Positions 55,454 through 64,000 of a stretch of 64,000 nucleotides of DNA are shown here, piece by piece (within the stretch, counting starts at the first letter, position 1; each line of letters opens with the position of its first letter). The translations under genes and the position numbers were made by a program. The notes below the pieces were generated by a model. That model was not told the DNA's origin. It was given only the letters and a program-made list of their open reading frames with translations, and searched no databases. Origin of the DNA: Escherichia phage vB_Eco_OMNI12; the sequence record OL362041.1; one strand, given 5' to 3'.

Positions 55454-55732
55454 TCATTCGAAATAATCTTCAATTTCATAATCATGGACATAAATCATTA
55501 TAGTTTTTAATACATCATCAATACTTTTTCCTGGAGCTGGAATTACGTAGAAATATCCTGCTTTTGAGAGGTCTTTATAAGTTCCAATCAAGAAATCATT
55601 ATTCTCGAGATGTAGTTCTTCAACCAATTCATTAACAATTGAATGGTATAGGTTTGGTAGAAACTTATATAGCTTTTCTAGAATATCAATTTTGATTGTA
55701 TATTGAACCACAGATTGAGAATCAATAATCAT
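55454..55732 (-). CDS. Acidic 92 aa protein, possibly Arn (anti-restriction DNA mimic)
   Basis: Size, acidity and position next to asiA; assignment by position only. Confidence 0.45.
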   Translation of the reverse strand: MIIDSQSVVQYTIKIDILEKLYKFLPNLYHSIVNELVEELHLENNDFLIGTYKDLSKAGYFYVIPAPGKSIDDVLKTIMIYVHDYEIEDYFE

Positions 55733-55815
55733 AGACCTTCCCCTTATGTTTCTGTTTGCGATTAGATTCTTTAAACGCTTTCTTCTTATCCTTATGAACA
55801 GAAGCTTTATTAAAA

Positions 55816-56034
55816 TTATGCTTTGCGACTAAATTGTTCATAGTGCTGAATTACCTCTCTTAAACATTTGCATGTGAATGAAAACTTTTTAGCTACACCA
55901 CATTCAAATATATGTTCTCTTAAATCACGTGTATCAGTATATCCCATCTCAACAATAAAATGCCTTATTAGATTTTTATCTTTATCATTGAGAGAATTAA
56001 AATAATCAGATTTTGAATTAATTTCCCTGGCCAA
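55816..56034 (-). CDS. Hypothetical protein
   Basis: 72 aa ORF. Confidence 0.45.
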   Translation of the reverse strand: MAREINSKSDYFNSLNDKDKNLIRHFIVEMGYTDTRDLREHIFECGVAKKFSFTCKCLREVIQHYEQFSRKA

Positions 56035-56314
56035 ATTGAATCACCTTCAGTTGACGTTTTAGCTCTTTTATCATCTCTTCGTTCATCGCAATATAAAGAT
56101 CGCGTAAAGCAGGTTTTATCATTCCATTTATTGGGGAACTAAATGGGCATACATAATCTTTTCCTACGAGCTTTTTAGTGAATTCCATATCACAAAACTG
56201 AAATGCAGGTTCATTAGCATAAATTCCCCAATTGGTTGACATCATTTTATTGGCATATTCCAATGCTTGGATTTGATTAGTAATTCCATCAATTTGAAAC
56301 TTTTTAATATTCAT
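56018..56314 (-). CDS. Hypothetical protein
   Basis: 98 aa ORF. Confidence 0.5.
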   Translation of the reverse strand: MNIKKFQIDGITNQIQALEYANKMMSTNWGIYANEPAFQFCDMEFTKKLVGKDYVCPFSSPINGMIKPALRDLYIAMNEEMIKELKRQLKVIQFGQGN

Positions 56315-56781
56315 TAGTAAAGGTCCTCAGAGTAAAGTTCTTTTTCACTACCACCACGTTCAATACGCACTTGTCCAGCGTAAGTTGCAATAATCATTGC
56401 TTCTTCACGTGTCCAGTAATTGCTATACTGGTCAATAAATCCTTGGTCTTCACCACAAACATGGTCTGATACAAGTTTATCACTTACCTGGTCAAGAACT
56501 TCAGCCATATCTTTAGAATAATGACGAGCACCAGGAATAACCAGAGTCCCACCATCTTTTAACTTAAAGCGGTTGGCTGCACACACAATTCGACGTTGAT
56601 ATTTTTCATTATTGTTCCAATGAGCTACTTGCCAACAGATTTCAGGAACCTCTTCTAAAACATCCTCTTCCGTATATTCGGTGTAGTCGCCATAGGCCTG
56701 TAATTTAGCTGCTAGACTTTCTGGAGTTTCACGTAATAAAGCCAGGTCTAATAATTCAAGACGCTCTTTGAAGGTTTTCAT
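56314..56781 (-). CDS. Hypothetical protein
   Basis: 155 aa ORF. Confidence 0.55.
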   Translation of the reverse strand: MKTFKERLELLDLALLRETPESLAAKLQAYGDYTEYTEEDVLEEVPEICWQVAHWNNNEKYQRRIVCAANRFKLKDGGTLVIPGARHYSKDMAEVLDQVSDKLVSDHVCGEDQGFIDQYSNYWTREEAMIIATYAGQVRIERGGSEKELYSEDLY

Positions 56782-56929
56782 TTGGTTTCCTCAACACTTT
56801 TAATTTTTATAGCTTGTTTAGAACTTTCAAAGCATTGACAATATACTCTTACCGCATCAAACTGGTTGGCCGCTTTAAGATGGACTACACCTTCGTCGTT
56901 ATAAAATTCTACGACAATTTTAAATGTTT

Positions 56930-57259
56930 TCATTTAAACCATCCTTTAATACGTTGCCATAAAGTTTTCTGTTGAGCTTTGTTAACACCAATTGAACGAA
57001 TAACTGGTTGAGATTCCTGAAATTCTTTATAATCAGCAAGGTAAATTTCGTAAGCTGCATCCGTAAATGAACTTATCGCTGCCATAAAATTATTGCGAAT
57101 ACCTACTGGAGCATCTTTACTTTCACGAATAATCATGTATTTACCAGTCTTAATTTTTACAATAGTTCCAAGATAAGCTCCGTGGTACCAAATATCCCAA
57201 CCCTCTTGAGTAGGTTCTGCACAACGACGAAGTTCATTAACAATTTCTAACTTGTTCAT
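56930..57259 (-). CDS. Hypothetical protein
   Basis: 109 aa ORF. Confidence 0.5.
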   Translation of the reverse strand: MNKLEIVNELRRCAEPTQEGWDIWYHGAYLGTIVKIKTGKYMIIRESKDAPVGIRNNFMAAISSFTDAAYEIYLADYKEFQESQPVIRSIGVNKAQQKTLWQRIKGWFK

Positions 57260-57269
57260 TATTTATTCC

Positions 57270-57905
57270 TCACAGTTCAGATGCTACAGTGATTACAGCT
57301 TCAATGTTTTCTGCCGAGCGTTTAATGTCAAGATACACATTACCGTTTTTAGCGATTTTACATGACATTCCGATGTCAGTAAATTTCTGAATATGATGTT
57401 CCATCATTTTGTATCCAAAAATTCGCATATTTCCATTGTTGTTAATTTCAAAATTACGAATTCCGTGAGTGCGTTTTTCTAAAATAGCGAGATAGTTACT
57501 GCGGTAAGTTTCAACCTTTTTAAGAACAAATCCATTTTCATCTAAAAGTTTTAACATGAAGTCTTTATCTTCTTCCATATCAGAAGTAATTTCGCGAGCT
57601 TTACGAGTTGCTCGTTTTTTCAGTAGTTCCGGAGCGTTTTCCTGTGCGTATAAAGTTGCTGCATTTGAAATAATATCCTGAGCTTCACCAGTAATGATTA
57701 ATCCATCACCAGATTTCTCCACCAGGCCTTTTTTAATCAATACCCCAATATTACTATTAACTACTGCATTACCTAAATCTGGATGCACCTCACGAACTTC
57801 TGCGGCTGTAATGAAATCTTTCTTAGCAATGGTAATTAAAATCGCAGCAGTTTTTTCATTCAGAACATCGTTAGAAGCTTTGATGATGTAAGTTACTTTA
57901 GACAT
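57270..57905 (-). CDS. motA: MotA middle-transcription activator
   Basis: 211 aa, position next to gene 52. Confidence 0.85.
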   Translation of the reverse strand: MSKVTYIIKASNDVLNEKTAAILITIAKKDFITAAEVREVHPDLGNAVVNSNIGVLIKKGLVEKSGDGLIITGEAQDIISNAATLYAQENAPELLKKRATRKAREITSDMEEDKDFMLKLLDENGFVLKKVETYRSNYLAILEKRTHGIRNFEINNNGNMRIFGYKMMEHHIQKFTDIGMSCKIAKNGNVYLDIKRSAENIEAVITVASEL

Positions 57906-57942
57906 TTTAATCTCCGTTTCAGTTCATTTATTTGATAGGTCT

Positions 57943-57971
57943 ATAGTATCATGTTTAAAGCAGAAGTAAAC
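57943..57971 (-). promoter_or_regulatory. Early promoter upstream of motA
   Basis: GTTTAC ... TACTAT on the - strand, then a leader shared with the 58262-58300 element. Confidence 0.5.
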
Positions 57972-58010
57972 ACTTTTTTGCACTCTTTTTCAAGAGCTCT
58001 AATAAAGTAC

Positions 58011-58238
58011 TTACTTAATGTTCAGATTACGAACTTCGATTTCGTCTTCATGGGCAAAATCAAACTGTTTGAATTCTGTGTCACCTTTAAATTTAAAAAT
58101 CATTGTGAAGAAAGTCAGAACACCAGGTTTTTCTTCACGAACTCCACAGATATCATATTCAATACCATCTACAACCAGTTTGTTAGCAGTCAGAGCATTT
58201 TTAGCTTTAACGATTTCGTTTTCGATTTTAAATTTCAT
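58011..58238 (-). CDS. Hypothetical protein
   Basis: 75 aa ORF. Confidence 0.5.
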   Translation of the reverse strand: MKFKIENEIVKAKNALTANKLVVDGIEYDICGVREEKPGVLTFFTMIFKFKGDTEFKQFDFAHEDEIEVRNLNIK

Positions 58239-58287
58239 TTTTTGTATCTCCGGGTTGTTTGTTTCAGTTCATTTATTTGATAGTTGT

Positions 58288-58316
58288 ATAGTACCACAGT
58301 ATGCTTTGGTTGTAAA
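58288..58316 (-). promoter_or_regulatory. Early promoter (TTTACA-N17-TACTAT)
   Basis: Read on the - strand; upstream A/T element identical to 41468-41510. Confidence 0.6.
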
Positions 58317-58340
58317 CCGTTTTGTGAAAAAATTTTTGAA

Positions 58341-58368
58341 ATAAAAAAGGGAGAGCCGAGGCTCTCCC
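58341..58368 (-). terminator. Rho-independent terminator
   Basis: GGGAGAGC-CTCG-GCTCTCCC on the - strand followed by TTTTTTATTTC. Confidence 0.65.
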
Positions 58369-58373
58369 TAAAA

Positions 58374-58523
58374 TTACTGCATGACTGTGATAACTGTCAT
58401 GATAACACGTTGAATTCCGAACGCAAGAAGACCTCCTGCTACGGCAGGAACAACACCTAAACCCGCCAGTAAAATGCCACCAGATACTAATGCAGCGCTT
58501 GTGATACCAATGAATGGACTCAT
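58374..58523 (-). CDS. Small hydrophobic membrane peptide (49 aa), below ORF-track threshold
   Basis: ATG overlaps the gene 52 stop (ATGA); GAGG upstream; translation MSPFIGITSAALVSGGILLAGLGVVPAVAGG... Confidence 0.4.
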   Translation of the reverse strand: MSPFIGITSAALVSGGILLAGLGVVPAVAGGLLAFGIQRVIMTVITVMQ

Positions 58524-59848
58524 TTGATTTCCTCTAAATCTTTGGTGTATTCTGTAACTACATCAGTAGTTTTCCAATATTCGTTTTCTTCTTTTTTGGC
58601 TTTAGCTTCTTCAGCAAGTTTCTTTGCTTCGTCGGAAGTCATATGAAAAATGTTCATTCCAACTAGTTTATCAACATAAGAAGAATACATATCAATTTTA
58701 GAAAGTTCTTCGGTCAGTTCTTTGCGAGTTTTACCTTGTACAACAATTTCACCTGAAATTACTTTCTTAATGAAATGTGCCTTGGCAAAAGCTAAACGAA
58801 ATGCTGATTCAGTTTCTTTGATTTTGTTATCAATTCGTTTTTGGACATAAGTTTTACGAACTTCAACGAAGTCTTTGATTAAATCAACTACATTATCGTA
58901 AACTTGCAGCTTTCCTTTCTCATTAATGACGGTAATATTCTGGGAACGACGCTCAATCAACCCGAAGTCTTTCATAATTTTTGCATGGCGTTCTTCTTCA
59001 TTATCGCTCAAAGAGTATTCTTTTCGGAATTTAACTTTGAAGCCAAAGCCATGCTCACCACAAGCATCATCCCATGTAATGAAGCCTTTATCTTCAAGCG
59101 GGTCTAAGATTTTACTCACATAAGTTTCACGATCATACTTATATGGAATCTCAGTGATATGCATTTGAGTTCGTGAAGTAAACTTATATGTTCCACGAAT
59201 TTCATATTGCCCATCAATTTCAACGACTTCACCACGAAATTCTGGGAATTCTACCTTCGGTTTAGTTACTTTCTTTCCTTGAAGAGCTTGCAGTACAGCT
59301 TTCTTGACAGAAGAAACACTATGAGGAAGAATGTAAGTTGCATAACCAGTTGCAATACCGGAAACGCCATTAAGAAGAACAGTAGGAATAATAGGCAAAT
59401 AGAAAGCAGGCGGAATGTGTTCTTTATCTTGATGTACTGGAGCATATTCAGTATCTTTATATACGTTATAGAAATTTTTACTTACACGAGCAAAAATATA
59501 ACGACTTGCTGCTGCCTTTTGGACAGTACGAGAACCAAAGTTTCCTTGACCGTCTAACAGAGGAAAGTTATTATTCCAAGTGTTAGCCATCAAAGCACCT
59601 GCGTCTTGCGCAGAGTTTTCACCATGATGATATCCAAGGTCCGCTACACCGCCTGCGATAGAAGCGAGTTTGTGAAACTTATCTTTATTTCCTCGTGCCA
59701 AATCAAGAGCTCGAGCAATAACAAATCGTTGAACTGGCTTAAATCCGTCAATCATATTTGGAATGGCACGATTTTCAACCGTGTACATAGCATAAGCCAA
59801 TGCTTCATTATCAATGATACTTTTTAAATCACGATTATTCAGTTGCAT
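58520..59848 (-). CDS. gp52: DNA topoisomerase II medium subunit gp52
   Basis: 442 aa; topo II DNA-cleavage domain region. Confidence 0.9.
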   Translation of the reverse strand: MQLNNRDLKSIIDNEALAYAMYTVENRAIPNMIDGFKPVQRFVIARALDLARGNKDKFHKLASIAGGVADLGYHHGENSAQDAGALMANTWNNNFPLLDGQGNFGSRTVQKAAASRYIFARVSKNFYNVYKDTEYAPVHQDKEHIPPAFYLPIIPTVLLNGVSGIATGYATYILPHSVSSVKKAVLQALQGKKVTKPKVEFPEFRGEVVEIDGQYEIRGTYKFTSRTQMHITEIPYKYDRETYVSKILDPLEDKGFITWDDACGEHGFGFKVKFRKEYSLSDNEEERHAKIMKDFGLIERRSQNITVINEKGKLQVYDNVVDLIKDFVEVRKTYVQKRIDNKIKETESAFRLAFAKAHFIKKVISGEIVVQGKTRKELTEELSKIDMYSSYVDKLVGMNIFHMTSDEAKKLAEEAKAKKEENEYWKTTDVVTEYTKDLEEIK

Positions 59849-59852
59849 AAAT

Positions 59853-59993
59853 TTACCATACTAGTGAATGTAGTGCCATAATAACATCAGAAATGAAAAG
59901 CACGACTTGAATTAATCCGAACATTATTCCGTAATATAATGCTATCAATAAAATAGCAAGGGCTAATGAATAGCCCAAGATTTTCTTAATCAT
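59853..59993 (-). CDS. Small membrane peptide (46 aa), below ORF-track threshold
   Basis: Start overlaps the stop of the upstream ac-like gene (ATGATTAA); hydrophobic. Confidence 0.35.
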   Translation of the reverse strand: MIKKILGYSLALAILLIALYYGIMFGLIQVVLFISDVIMALHSLVW

Positions 59994-60144
59994 TAGTAGA
60001 TAACAACACAAATGTTAAATATGCACACATACCCTGAGCTAAAGCTTGCGAAAACACACTGCTGGCATCAATACAGATAGTTAAAACACATGCTACTATC
60101 CAACAAATAAATGAAATAACTCCTAATAATTTTGCGATATTCAT
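59986..60144 (-). CDS. ac: Ac-like small membrane protein (52 aa)
   Basis: GAGGAAAAT-ATG; hydrophobic 52 aa; position between stp and gene 52. Confidence 0.5.
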   Translation of the reverse strand: MNIAKLLGVISFICWIVACVLTICIDASSVFSQALAQGMCAYLTFVLLSTND

Positions 60145-60151
60145 ATTTTCC

Positions 60152-60232
60152 TCACTGGCGTCCGAAGACGCCTTTAGTTTTAAGATTATTACGATAGAAC
60201 TGCATCACGTGTTCGTTGTGGAAATTACTCAT
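60152..60232 (-). CDS. stp: Stp peptide (26 aa)
   Basis: Translation [26 protein letters not shown]; start overlaps the ndd stop (TAATG). Confidence 0.6.
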
Positions 60233-60690
60233 TAATATGCCTGCAAAACGAATTTAAAATTATCAGCCAACATACGGTTCATTTCTTCAAGTGTTTGATA
60301 CTCAGAATGATGATTACGAGTAAACGCTAAAGCTAACTGTCCTTTTCCAAATCCCGTCGTCAGAGGTTTCATCTTAGAAGCAGGCAGATAAAATACTGCG
60401 TATGGAACATTGTTATTTGCAATAGTACGTGCAAGCTGAGACCGACGTTGACGAATATGACTTAGAACTGCACTGAATCCTTGCTTAGAACGCTGATTAC
60501 CTACATAAAATCGTGCAGACACACATGGATTACTAAATGGACGACCATCTAATTTACTTACTAAAAAATAAAATCCAGGTTTAGATAAAATATCTTTATG
60601 CGGAGTTCCCAAAAACCACTCACCACCCTTGATTGTACCAATAACAGTAGCGCCTGCATTATTCAGATCAGTAACAGTCATGTATTTCAT
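60232..60690 (-). CDS. ndd: Ndd nucleoid disruption protein
   Basis: 152 aa from the internal ATG with GAGGAA upstream. Confidence 0.7.
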
Positions 60691-60750
60691 ATTAATTTCC
60701 TCTAAATTATTTTCTACTCCAAGGCCGCATGAATACACGCGGCCATTAAA

Positions 60751-60966
60751 TTAATCGTCGCAGTCGACGCTCAATTCCCAAAACTCTTCTACGGTATAAG
60801 TTTCAGTATCATTTTCAATACAGAAACGTTCATTACTGTTATTTGCTAAAGTAGCATTAACTGTCATTTTTTCGCTAGTGCTCTTAAGAGGTGAAATACG
60901 AATTAACTGATCACCGTTATCTAAACAAAAAATTTCACCAACTTTTACATCTTTAAAACTTTTCAT
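60751..60966 (-). CDS. Hypothetical protein
   Basis: 71 aa ORF. Confidence 0.5.
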   Translation of the reverse strand: MKSFKDVKVGEIFCLDNGDQLIRISPLKSTSEKMTVNATLANNSNERFCIENDTETYTVEEFWELSVDCDD

Positions 60967-61081
60967 AATTCACCTCAAGGAGTATAAAATCCAAACGCAG
61001 TTGTTGACCATCCCATCCAATATGGAAAATTTGCACCAATGTAAAACATAAGAATATAAAACCAACCGCTCAGCAAATTCA

Positions 61082-61279
61082 TCATTTTACACCGTTCCAA
61101 ATTGTTTCAACTACGGATTTTAAACCATTTTGATGAATATCAATTCCGACTACTGTCATCAAATAGATTCCAACTACAACTGAACCTAAGGCAAAAATCA
61201 GCATGAAAATGAATAAAGCCGGAAAAATATTATCGAAAAACCATTCAATAAATGTAAAAGCACTGCGTTTACGCTTCAT
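61082..61279 (-). CDS. Small membrane protein (65 aa from internal ATG)
   Basis: GAGGAAAAT-ATG; hydrophobic core FPALFIFMLIFALGSVVVGIYLM. Confidence 0.45.
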   Translation of the reverse strand: MKRKRSAFTFIEWFFDNIFPALFIFMLIFALGSVVVGIYLMTVVGIDIHQNGLKSVVETIWNGVK

Positions 61280-61286
61280 ATTTTCC

Positions 61287-61400
61287 TCACATAAATCCAA
61301 AGTAAGCGTTTAATACATCAATCATTAAAACGATTGGGAATATACTCAAAACTATTAGTATTATAACTACATTCCATATAGCTTTAACAATCTTTTTCAT
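61287..61400 (-). CDS. Small membrane peptide (37 aa from internal ATG)
   Basis: GGAGGAACAGAAA-ATG directly after the early promoter; MKKIVKAIWNVVIILIVLSIFPIVLM... Confidence 0.4.
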   Translation of the reverse strand: MKKIVKAIWNVVIILIVLSIFPIVLMIDVLNAYFGFM

Positions 61401-61428
61401 TTTCTGTTCCTCCGTAGTTGATAGGGTA

Positions 61429-61457
61429 ATAGTACCACGGAAGAACAGTCTTGTAAA
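61429..61457 (-). promoter_or_regulatory. Early promoter (TTTACA-N17-TACTAT)
   Basis: Read on the - strand. Confidence 0.6.
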
Positions 61458-61643
61458 CAACTTTTTTAAAAATATTCGTAATAAATGTGAATACCAATCA
61501 CTACTGCCGAAACTTGTGCAACCCACCACGCACAAGCAATAAGCACAGAATTCAAAATTTTCATAATAACCTCATCACAAAAGTAAATGTTAAACAAATT
61601 AATGGAATACTAATTAACCAAACGAAACACCAACATAATGAAC

Positions 61644-61907
61644 TCATAGTTCAATCTCAACGATTTCCAAGTGTTTTTGTTTTATTGCCTTTTTAACACA
61701 ATCATGGACTAAATATGACCATGAATCATTATATTCTCCATTAACTAATCGTTGGAGATCTTCACGTGATGATAAGTAAGGTTGATCTGATTCCCATTTT
61801 GATAAAAATACTGCAGTAAAAATATCTCCTTCATCTGTAGTTGAAGTCGTAAATGCAATAAATTCACCGGTAATTTTATGTTTAGCGTAATAAAATTTAA
61901 ATTTCAT
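61644..61907 (-). CDS. Hypothetical protein (87 aa from internal ATG)
   Basis: GGAGGAGTAAAA-ATG after the early promoter at 61935-61963. Confidence 0.5.
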   Translation of the reverse strand: MKFKFYYAKHKITGEFIAFTTSTTDEGDIFTAVFLSKWESDQPYLSSREDLQRLVNGEYNDSWSYLVHDCVKKAIKQKHLEIVEIEL

Positions 61908-61934
61908 TTTTACTCCTCCGTAGCTGATAGTTGT

Positions 61935-61963
61935 ATAGTACCACGGTCCTTGTGGTATGTAAA
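61935..61963 (-). promoter_or_regulatory. Early promoter (TTTACA-N17-TACTAT)
   Basis: Read on the - strand, lies inside the 3' end of the denB ORF. Confidence 0.55.
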
Positions 61964-61981
61964 CTGTTTTGTGAAAATTTT

Positions 61982-62539
61982 TTAAATGGAAAGATACCAT
62001 CCATTGTAGTTGCTTTTTCTTACAACCTTACGAAGGTCTTCTCTGTCACCGATGAACTTCGGAGTGTACTGGATGACACCTGGATGAATTTCTTTAGTGT
62101 TGAATATAATTATACAGTCAGCGACTTGATGATTTAGAATGGGCCCTAGATTTATTCCAGAACCGTATGGATACTCTCCGCTGCATCCTGTTGTTACAGA
62201 AATCCAACGTGAGCCAGTTTGATGTGTCTTAACTTCTACACGAAGCCCACAGTATTTTGGATGTGCTAAAACATCCCACGCGTATGTATATGGATCATCG
62301 ACATCTTCTTGACCTTTATTAACATACCCGCTTAGCCAATCTGCTACAAAAAACTCTGCGTATACAGCAATACGACATCTTTCAATAACTTCTGCTTTAT
62401 CCTGGTTCGGGTTTTGTTTTAAAGAGTATCTTGCAGTATCAGCAATTTTGACCTTCATTTCACTAGTCAAGTCACTGTTCGATAGGGTAAATGTCGGAAT
62501 CTGAAATAGTCTCTGTAAACCCGGATTCGTTTTCTGCAT
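61982..62539 (-). CDS. denB: 185 aa protein at denB position (endonuclease IV candidate)
   Basis: Size and map position between rIIB and ndd. Confidence 0.5.
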   Translation of the reverse strand: MQKTNPGLQRLFQIPTFTLSNSDLTSEMKVKIADTARYSLKQNPNQDKAEVIERCRIAVYAEFFVADWLSGYVNKGQEDVDDPYTYAWDVLAHPKYCGLRVEVKTHQTGSRWISVTTGCSGEYPYGSGINLGPILNHQVADCIIIFNTKEIHPGVIQYTPKFIGDREDLRKVVRKSNYNGWYLSI

Positions 62540-62801
62540 TTAGACTTTCCTTTTTACCACTGAGATAAGCGTTATATACTTTAAGAGTGCCGTAATAAAT
62601 TCGGTCATTTTCATCTAAAGACTCGCGGTCAAGTTCATCGAGCTCCTTTTTATCCATGACTATAACATCATTACAGTAAAGAAACCCAAGTTTTTCGTGA
62701 CCAAACTCAAATTTATTACAGTACACAATATTAGCGTGATGATTTCCGTGCAGTTTAATCTCTTTTATGTCGGAATCACCGATATTCATACAATAAATCA
62801 T
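62472..62801 (-). CDS. Hypothetical acidic protein
   Basis: 109 aa ORF; its 3' end overlaps the denB-like start in another frame. Confidence 0.45.
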   Translation of the reverse strand: MIYCMNIGDSDIKEIKLHGNHHANIVYCNKFEFGHEKLGFLYCNDVIVMDKKELDELDRESLDENDRIYYGTLKVYNAYLSGKKESLNAENESGFTETISDSDIYPIEQ

Positions 62802-62818
62802 AATTTCTCTTAAAACAA

Positions 62819-62834
62819 AAGGGCCGAAGCCCTT
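62819..62834 (-). repeat. GGGC-TTCG-GCCC hairpin, copy 1
   Basis: The ~20 bp AAGGGCCGAAGCCCTTATTT is repeated at 63047. Confidence 0.4.
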
Positions 62835-62837
62835 ATT

Positions 62838-63032
62838 TTATTTGAATTGTGCAATTCTTTTCTCTAGACATTCAGCATAAGATTTCATTGAGATAAACTG
62901 CGAAAGTAACAGTTCTTGCTCAACTGCATTAACTGTTAGAAACTTTGCGCTTTCTAAAAATTTACTCAGTGCATTAATTTTGAGCATTAATTGATCGTAT
63001 TCTTCTTTTACTCGTGCTTGATAACCTAACAT
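62838..63032 (-). CDS. Hypothetical protein (64 aa)
   Basis: ORF flanked on both sides by the same hairpin. Confidence 0.5.
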   Translation of the reverse strand: MLGYQARVKEEYDQLMLKINALSKFLESAKFLTVNAVEQELLLSQFISMKSYAECLEKRIAQFK

Positions 63033-63046
63033 AATTTTCCTCAGTT

Positions 63047-63062
63047 AAGGGCCGAAGCCCTT
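63047..63062 (-). repeat. GGGC-TTCG-GCCC hairpin, copy 2
   Basis: Immediately downstream of the rIIB stop. Confidence 0.4.
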
Positions 63063-63999
63063 ATTTAAATTGTTCAGTAACGTCTTCAACTACTTCGTAT
63101 TGGCAGGTACGCATTTTAGCATCGTTGTAATCAATCGGAATTGATACTACATCACGCGGATGTACTTTAACTTTTACAACTCGGCTAGTTGAACTGCCAA
63201 AGTGACGAATATAAGATTTAGAACACACATGCAGACCGCGAGAACAAGTTTGTGTATCATCGTCATTCACACGAGTACGTGGCATTTTAACTACTTTACC
63301 AGGGCTGTTATCAAAAGTATTTGAATGACAGTCAAAGTAATTACTGCGAACTACTTTCCAAGCATAGAAGTAACCGTCTTCTGTAATTTCAATATCGTTT
63401 GCTACCAAGAAATCAAAGAGTCGAGATACCGCTTTTTGGCTTGGGTTTTCCAACAGATTTTCCAAGAACGGAAAATAGAATTCAAAGTTTTCGCCTTTTT
63501 CCATCGAGTCAAGAATACGATCAACCAAACCAGATCGCAATTCAATATTTTGATAGAACAAGCTTCCACCTTCAATTCGAACATCGCCGGAAATATATTT
63601 TTCAACAGCGCGACGAACATTAATTTTTTGTGCCGCTTCTTCCAACTTATCCGCTACAAGCAGATTAAGAATTTCCTGGAAGTTTGAATGAGTATTAGGA
63701 GTTGCGTTATAAGTTACACCGTCAACAGTAATTGAAATGAATTTTTTAGATGCATTCCAAATAATGTCAGATTTAGCAACTGGAGCAATAACTGCATCGC
63801 TATTAACTTTAACTGTAATATCACCACTAATAGTAACTTTAGGGCGTTTAGCTTCTTCAGCATTTTTCAAAACACGACGGATTGTGTCAACCGATACACC
63901 TTGCCAATCAGCCAATTCCTGCTGGGTGTAATTACCACTTGAATACAGTTTAACAATTTCAGCTTGTTCGTTTTTGGTCAGGCATTTAATATTGTACAT
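63061..63999 (-). CDS. rIIB: rIIB protein
   Basis: 312 aa; MYNIKCLTKNEQAEIVKLYSSGNYTQQELADWQG... recognised as rIIB. Confidence 0.85.
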   Translation of the reverse strand: MYNIKCLTKNEQAEIVKLYSSGNYTQQELADWQGVSVDTIRRVLKNAEEAKRPKVTISGDITVKVNSDAVIAPVAKSDIIWNASKKFISITVDGVTYNATPNTHSNFQEILNLLVADKLEEAAQKINVRRAVEKYISGDVRIEGGSLFYQNIELRSGLVDRILDSMEKGENFEFYFPFLENLLENPSQKAVSRLFDFLVANDIEITEDGYFYAWKVVRSNYFDCHSNTFDNSPGKVVKMPRTRVNDDDTQTCSRGLHVCSKSYIRHFGSSTSRVVKVKVHPRDVVSIPIDYNDAKMRTCQYEVVEDVTEQFK

Positions 64000-64000
64000 A

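Overview
This window is a contiguous stretch of a T-even (T4-like, Tequatrovirus-type) myophage genome, colinear with the T4 map from the 3' end of gene 23 to rIIB. It is densely coding, with operons on alternating strands. Late structural genes sit on the + strand (23 C-terminus, 24, uvsW, 51-27-28-29-48-54, long tail fibre genes 34-35-36-37-38, holin t). Early and middle genes sit on the - strand (rnlB, hoc, uvsY, 25-26, alt, DNA ligase, gp31, cd, pseT, Rz/Rz1, alc, rnlA, denA, nrdB, nrdA, td, frd, 32, 59, 33, dsbA, rnh, asiA, motA, 52, ac, stp, ndd, denB, rIIB), interspersed with many small conserved hypothetical ORFs. Regulatory signals are recognisable by eye: late promoters (TATAAATA), early promoters with TTTACA-N17-TACTAT architecture, MotA-box middle promoters, and GC-rich tetraloop hairpins acting as terminators. 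No tRNA genes, CRISPR arrays, integrases or transposons were found. I found no unequivocal new multi-gene system; nearly everything maps onto known T4 biology. The features that depart from a plain T4 layout, and so deserve a second look, are: two tandem full-length Alt-family ADP-ribosyltransferases; a NADAR-fold protein in the early cluster; an extra ORF between frd and td; a GC-rich non-coding island between the 30.x cluster and gene 31; a Hoc protein expanded by a triplicated Ig-like domain; a T2-type gp37/gp38 receptor-binding module; uninterrupted td and nrdB with no homing endonuclease genes; duplicated promoter/stem-loop modules; and a cluster of micro-peptide genes. All identifications rest on reading the supplied ORF translations and sequence motifs and on recall of T4 gene order; no database search was run.
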